NCBI GenBank assembly: GCA_040905815.1
Contig: JBBDQT010000001.1
Span: 1-57,575 of the forward strand
Source: Acidimicrobiales bacterium
GTDB lineage: Bacteria; Actinomycetota; Acidimicrobiia; Acidimicrobiales; CADCSY01
Length of the DNA: 57,575 bases
Direction: 5' to 3'
Of the stretch, positions 53,008 to 57,575 are shown piece by piece; position 1 is the first letter of the stretch, and each line of letters begins with the position of its first letter. A model generated the notes under the pieces. The model had not been told where the DNA came from and searched no databases. It was given only the letters and a program-made list of their open reading frames with translations. The position numbers and the translations under genes were made by a program.

Positions 53008-55836
53008 TCACGTCGTCCTCGCGTTCAGATGTGGGAGGTCTGGTGCCTGCCGCGCGCGGCCGACCAGAGCATCCCTCGTCAACGACCTCCCGTGCAGCGC
53101 CCGCTCGAGCTCGCCGTGCCACCAGCCCGGAAGCGGCACGCCTGCGTCGAGCTCGACGGGGGAGTCGACGGCGGCGCGGAGGCGGCGCGCGTCCTCGGGC
53201 CCGAGCACCTGGGGGATGAGGAGCATGTCGGGCGCCCGGTCCGGGTCGACGCCGGCGCCTCGAAGGGCTGCAGTGACCGCCTCCACGATGTCGTCGGGCG
53301 ATGTCTCGGAGCCGTCCTCGGCGTAGAGCACGAGCGTGGTCGGCTCCGCTGGACCGAGCGAGCGTGCGTAGCCCACGACCAGGTCGCGCACCGACCTCGC
53401 GCCGCAGACTTGGGCGGCGAACGTCACCCGGTCGCCGGTGTCGAGGGGGAACGGCGAGGCGGCCCGGTCCCGGAGCACCGCCCAGCTGCGGGTCGGCTCG
53501 GTGCCGGCGAGCGTGCACAGCCGCTCCTCGACCTCGGCCGCAGTGCGGTCCCAGGTGAGCGCTTCGAGCACGTGCTCACGGGCCGCCCGGGCGTTCCGGA
53601 GGGCGAGGTCGCGGTCCGACACGGCGAGCTCCATGAGCCGGCCCAGCTCCTCGACGTCGGGCTCCCAGAGCCAGTAGCCCGCAGCGCTCGGCCCGAAGGC
53701 GTCGCCGGCGATGGGTCGCTGCTCGGCGGGGACCAGGAAGGCGCGGTCATCGGTGCAGTAGTCGAGCGCGGCGCCCGCGCCGGTGGTGATGACGGGCAGG
53801 CCAGATGCCATCGACTCGACGATCGGCAGCCCGAACCCCTCCCCCCGGTAGGGGTGGGCCAGCACGTCGCACGTCCGGTACAGAGCAGCGACGTCTCGGG
53901 GCATGAGGTCATCGGAGATGAGCTCGATCTCCGGCGCCGAGGGATCGTCCTGGAGCCTGCGGATCTCGGCGTCGATGCTGGCATCGGCGTAGAACGACTC
54001 GCTGCCGAAGCTCTTGACGACCAGGCAGACGTCGTCGGCGCGGCTGAAGGTGGCGGCGTAGGCGCGCAGGAGCAGGTCGGTTCCCTTGCGAGGGATCGTG
54101 CCGCCCACGAACAGCAGCTTGGTCCCTCGCCGGGTCCGCAGCGGGTAGCGGTCGCCGTCGGGGCGGAACACCGCCGGGTCGACCCCGAGCGGGATCACGT
54201 GCAGCCGCTCCTCGGGCACCCCGGAGTCCCGGTACACGTCGCGCACGTAGCTCGAGTAGCACCAGACCTCGTCGACCTGGCGGAGGAGCGGGGGAAGCCA
54301 CGCGTCCGGTAGGCCGCCGTACTCCCACGGCTGCATGACGACCCACGCTCCCGAGCCAGGGGGCGTCCAGTCCGGGGGCCACTGGTGGCGCACCTCCACG
54401 TCGGCACGCGCGGCGAGCACGGACCCGGTCACCGCTGCCAGCGGCCCGAGCGAGGGATCGGCGTCGGGGTCAGGCGAGCGCCTCTCGGATGTCACTGCTT
54501 CGAGCTCGACCGCACCCCGCTGCACCAGCCGGCGACAGATCTCCCGGTTGACCGACGCGAGGCTGTGGTGGGCGAACTGCTCGCCCCGCCAGCGGACCCG
54601 GGGGGCATCCGGGCGGGACGGCGCGCGCCGCGGGCGAAGTCCCGCGTCGAGCTCCACGAGCCGCTCGCTGACGACCTCCAGCGCCGAGGACCACGTCCAG
54701 CGCCGTTCGACATCGGCCCGTGCCCGCTGCCCGAGGGCCCGCGCCGCCGAGGGGTCCTCCGCCACGTGGCGCAGCAGGCGGGCGAGATGACGAGCGGACG
54801 GTCGGGCCCAGCGATGGCCACGGTAGAACGCCAGCTCCTCGCGCCTCCCGACCGCGTCGATGCTCTGCACGTCGACGAGCAGGCTGTTGTCGTCGTCCAT
54901 GAACTCGAGGTTGCCGCTCCAGCGGGTGCCGATGGTGGGAAGGCCCGTTGCCATCGCCTCGAGGAGGGGCCGCCCCCACCCCTCGCCGCGGCTGATGCCC
55001 ACGTACGCGTCGGCGCTGGCGTACAGCCGCGGCATGTCGGCGGTGGGGACGGGTTGCTCGAGCACGACGATGGGCGCCACGCTCGCCCGGGTCCTCCCCA
55101 TCCGGCGGAGGAAGTCATCGATCCGGCGGCTGACCCAGTCAGGACTGCTCCGGGCGTCCGGGTCGAGGGCGTAGCTGCGGATCACCAGGGAGACGTCGTC
55201 GGTGGGCCCGAACGCCATCGCCCACGCCCGGAGCAGCACGTCCCACGCCTTGCGGTAGCTCCACTCGAAAACCGAGAGGAAGGCCGTCTTCCGGGTGCCG
55301 GTGAGCGCCAGGGGCTCGAGCCCGGGGCGGTAGCGGTCCGCGTCGACCCCCCCGGGCACCACGTGGACCGGTGTGCGGACGCCGGCGCGTCGGAACGTCT
55401 CGAGGTTGAAAGCGGACGGCACCCAGACCTCGTCCACCGCGTTCAGCTGCTGCACCCAGCTCGGCGGCAGCCGGTCCGTCTCGAACATGGTCCGCGCCAC
55501 GTTGCGGACGTGGCCGGCCGGACCGATGGCGTGGGCCGGCATGTGGTGGACCCCGAGGCTGTAGCGGTGCGGCGGCTCGGAGACCACCGCTTCGAGGCGC
55601 CCCCGCTGGACCGGGTCGAACCCGTCCAGGAAGGCGGGCTCCACCGGGTACAGCGGGTGTGCCCGGACCGGCCAGCCCCGCTCTTGAACGCCGAGGACGA
55701 ACGCCCTGGCCTCGTCGGCGTAGCCGCTGTGGTTGAGCAGCGGCGCGTGCCACTCGACCCCGAGCACCTGGTGGGCACCCAGGCTCATCACCAGCCGGTC
55801 CATCGGCTCCGTCACCGCCTCCAGGTAGGGCATCAT
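53008..55836 (-). CDS. Large tandem GT-B (GT4-type) glycosyltransferase, two catalytic modules plus a C-terminal domain of unknown function
   Basis: ORF 53008..55836 (942 aa). Two EX7E-type regions: ISRGEGWGRPLLEAMATGLPTI and HPYRGEGFGLPIVESMASGLPVI. Confidence 0.8.
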   Translation of the reverse strand: MMPYLEAVTEPMDRLVMSLGAHQVLGVEWHAPLLNHSGYADEARAFVLGVQERGWPVRAHPLYPVEPAFLDGFDPVQRGRLEAVVSEPPHRYSLGVHHMPAHAIGPAGHVRNVARTMFETDRLPPSWVQQLNAVDEVWVPSAFNLETFRRAGVRTPVHVVPGGVDADRYRPGLEPLALTGTRKTAFLSVFEWSYRKAWDVLLRAWAMAFGPTDDVSLVIRSYALDPDARSSPDWVSRRIDDFLRRMGRTRASVAPIVVLEQPVPTADMPRLYASADAYVGISRGEGWGRPLLEAMATGLPTIGTRWSGNLEFMDDDNSLLVDVQSIDAVGRREELAFYRGHRWARPSARHLARLLRHVAEDPSAARALGQRARADVERRWTWSSALEVVSERLVELDAGLRPRRAPSRPDAPRVRWRGEQFAHHSLASVNREICRRLVQRGAVELEAVTSERRSPDPDADPSLGPLAAVTGSVLAARADVEVRHQWPPDWTPPGSGAWVVMQPWEYGGLPDAWLPPLLRQVDEVWCYSSYVRDVYRDSGVPEERLHVIPLGVDPAVFRPDGDRYPLRTRRGTKLLFVGGTIPRKGTDLLLRAYAATFSRADDVCLVVKSFGSESFYADASIDAEIRRLQDDPSAPEIELISDDLMPRDVAALYRTCDVLAHPYRGEGFGLPIVESMASGLPVITTGAGAALDYCTDDRAFLVPAEQRPIAGDAFGPSAAGYWLWEPDVEELGRLMELAVSDRDLALRNARAAREHVLEALTWDRTAAEVEERLCTLAGTEPTRSWAVLRDRAASPFPLDTGDRVTFAAQVCGARSVRDLVVGYARSLGPAEPTTLVLYAEDGSETSPDDIVEAVTAALRGAGVDPDRAPDMLLIPQVLGPEDARRLRAAVDSPVELDAGVPLPGWWHGELERALHGRSLTRDALVGRARQAPDLPHLNARTT

Positions 55837-55849
55837 CGCGACCCGGCGG

Positions 55850-56659
55850 TCAGGGCCGGACCGCGGTCGCCGTCATGTTCGGCTCGTGGTCGAGGTCGAC
55901 GACGACGAAGCCAGCCAGGGCCAGGCTCTCCTGGAACGTCGCGGGGGTGAACCCGTGGTGGTGGGCGTCGAAGGCGCCGTCGGGGCCCCACCGGTGCCCG
56001 CCGTAGACGTTCTCGATCACCTCGGCCACGTCGTGGCCCCCGAGCAGCAGTGAGGCGAGCGCATCGAGGTTGGGGACCCGGCACCGCAGCACCCCGTCGG
56101 GCAGGAGGACCCGATGCCACTCCGCCAGCAGCTCCTGGGTGCGGAAGACGGGAACGTGCTCGAGGATGTCCATCGCCAGCACCTCGGCGACGCAGCGGTC
56201 CGGGAACGGCAGTGCCTCCACCGAGGCGACCACGTCGGACACCTCGGTCCGCAGGTCGATCGAGAGGTAACCGGGCCGGCGGTCGTCGCCGGCGCCCACA
56301 TTGAGCCGCAGCTGGCCATCCTGGGGGTCGGTGGGGCTCGCCACGACCGGCGTCGGGTCGGTGAGCGAGAGGCGGTTGGCGGCGACATCGAGGTCGTCGG
56401 GGTCGAGCACCGCGGCACGCTCGATCATGGCCTTGGCCTCGTCGACGAGGTCGCAGGCGTAGAGGACGGCGGCCACGTCGGAGAGGAGGCGGGCGTCCTC
56501 GCCGTGCTCGCGGACCGCCGCCAGCAGGACGCCGAGCACATCGGTCGCCGCGGCACCGGCACGGAGCAGGAGCTCGGCGTGCTGGCGGGCCTGGGCGATC
56601 GCCGCCGGTCGGAGGATGGAGGAGGACGAAGCGCCCGGTCCCGGCTCTGAGCCTCTCAT
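55850..56659 (-). CDS. Class I SAM-dependent methyltransferase (Methyltransf_11/23-like) with an N-terminal helical domain
   Basis: ORF 55850..56659. LRLNVGAGDDRRPGYLSIDL...VLAMDILEHVP...WHRVLLPDGVLRCRVPN. Confidence 0.75.
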   Translation of the reverse strand: MRGSEPGPGASSSSILRPAAIAQARQHAELLLRAGAAATDVLGVLLAAVREHGEDARLLSDVAAVLYACDLVDEAKAMIERAAVLDPDDLDVAANRLSLTDPTPVVASPTDPQDGQLRLNVGAGDDRRPGYLSIDLRTEVSDVVASVEALPFPDRCVAEVLAMDILEHVPVFRTQELLAEWHRVLLPDGVLRCRVPNLDALASLLLGGHDVAEVIENVYGGHRWGPDGAFDAHHHGFTPATFQESLALAGFVVVDLDHEPNMTATAVRP

Positions 56660-56692
56660 GCGGTCAACCCGCCCTCATGCGGTCAACCCGCC
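56655..56692. repeat. Exact 19-bp tandem duplication (ctcatgcggtcaacccgcc x2) spanning the fliA stop and the methyltransferase start
   Basis: Read directly: copy 1 at 56655..56673, copy 2 at 56674..56692. Copy 2 holds the fliA stop codon (tca at 56683..56685). Copy 1 holds the methyltransferase ATG (cat at 56657..56659). Confidence 0.9.
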
Positions 56693-57549
56693 GAGGCGCC
56701 CAGACCCGCACCCACGGGCTGCCGGTCGAGCCGGCTGCGGAGGTCCGACGCGGACGCCATGCTCTCACAGTACGCAGCCCGGCGGCGGGCCACCACCCCG
56801 GTGGCCGTGCCCGAGGCGGTCGCCGCCTCGGGGTCGAGCGCCTTGGACATGGCCTCGTGCATGAGGGACAGGGCCTCTGCCCGCATGTGGGAGGCGCGCG
56901 ACGCGCTCACGCCGAGCTCGGCGCCGAGGTCCTCGAGGGGCCGGTCCTCGAAGAAGTAGCCCACGACGACGTGGCGCAGACGCTCCGGTAGCATGGCGAC
57001 CGCGTCGTGCAGGTAGCCGTTGCGCTCGCGGTCGAGCAGGGCGTCCTCGGGCGTCGCGTGGTCGGCGGGGACGGCGGCGTGGTCGTCAGCGGCGAGGAAG
57101 CCGTCGAAGCTGACGACGGTGGCCCGGGCGACATCGGCGACGACCTGTGCCGCCTCGCCGGCGGACAGCCCGGCCGCCGCCGCGGCGGCCGCCAGGCTGG
57201 TCCCGCCTTGGTCGGCGGCGTCCTGCAGCGACCGGGCCCTCGCCCTGACCCCCCGGGACGCCCAGTCGGCGCTGCGGAGCTCGTCGAGCACGGCACCCCT
57301 GATGCGCGTCGTGGCGTAGGCCGCGAAGGGGACACCCTGCGCCGGGTCGAAGCCCCGAGCCGCCCGGAGCAGCCCCACCATGGCGGCAGAGGTCAGGTCG
57401 TCGCCGCTCACGTGCCGGGGCAGGCGCCCGCGCAGCCCGGTGACGACGTGGTGGACGAGGGGCAGGTGCTGGCGGACCAGCTCCTCCTCGCTCGGTGAGG
57501 TGGGAGGAGCTTGCACTGCCGTTGACCGCATGGCAGGAACGTCGTCCAC
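56683..57549 (-). CDS. fliA: Flagellar sigma factor FliA/WhiG (sigma-28 group)
   Basis: ORF 56683..57549. Region 2 LVRQHLPLVHHVVTGL...DDLTSAAMVGLLRAARGFDPAQGVPFAAYATTRIRGAVLDELR. Region 4 LPERLRHVVVGYFFEDRPLEDLGAELGVSASRASHMRAEAL. The start may be the internal ATG near 57531. Confidence 0.85.
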   Translation of the reverse strand: MDDVPAMRSTAVQAPPTSPSEEELVRQHLPLVHHVVTGLRGRLPRHVSGDDLTSAAMVGLLRAARGFDPAQGVPFAAYATTRIRGAVLDELRSADWASRGVRARARSLQDAADQGGTSLAAAAAAAGLSAGEAAQVVADVARATVVSFDGFLAADDHAAVPADHATPEDALLDRERNGYLHDAVAMLPERLRHVVVGYFFEDRPLEDLGAELGVSASRASHMRAEALSLMHEAMSKALDPEAATASGTATGVVARRRAAYCESMASASDLRSRLDRQPVGAGLGASAG

Positions 57550-57575
57550 CTCCGGCCCGACCTTGACACAACGCC

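Overview
This is a very GC-rich window from a high-GC Gram-positive, probably actinobacterial-type, genome. That assignment is an inference from a TLTTC sortase, GC3-biased codons and many ATGA/GTGA stop/start overlaps. About 60% of the window is a flagellar regulon on the minus strand. (a) 57549->51335 holds fliA (sigma-28) followed by a methyltransferase and two large glycosyltransferase genes. (b) 51191->46351 holds fliC-flaG-fliD-fliS, a FliT-position ORF and a FapA/DUF342 gene. (c) 44736->23430 is a 21-kb Bacillus fla/che-like operon: flgB flgC fliE fliF fliG fliH fliI fliJ, a P60+SLT peptidoglycan hydrolase, fliK flgD flgE fliL fliM fliN fliO fliP fliQ fliR flhB, an HDOD gene, flhA, a degenerate FlhF-like gene, a PilZ gene and a small membrane protein. 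The left third carries the end of a CO-DH/xanthine-DH-family molybdoenzyme operon, an ABC-2 exporter and a complete System I cytochrome c maturation operon (ccmABCDEFGH). It also carries a sortase, housekeeping genes, a pair of membrane HD-GYP-type proteins behind a long leader with a micro-ORF, a GT4 glycosyltransferase, a Zn-ADH, a TetR regulator, a lipoprotein, bioY and a small HTH cassette next to a region with no assignable gene. I found no rRNA, tRNA, CRISPR array, transposase or integrase. The points most worth follow-up are: the FlhF-like protein that keeps the fold signature but has lost every GTPase motif; the PilZ and HDOD genes embedded in the export-gate part of the operon; the signal-peptide-less P60+SLT hydrolase between fliJ and fliK; a perfect (AACC)10 microsatellite in the flgE leader; the flagellin-modification island; and the System I ccm operon in a Gram-positive context. 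All boundaries come from hand translation and the supplied ORF track. Family assignments rest on motifs I could read, not on searches.
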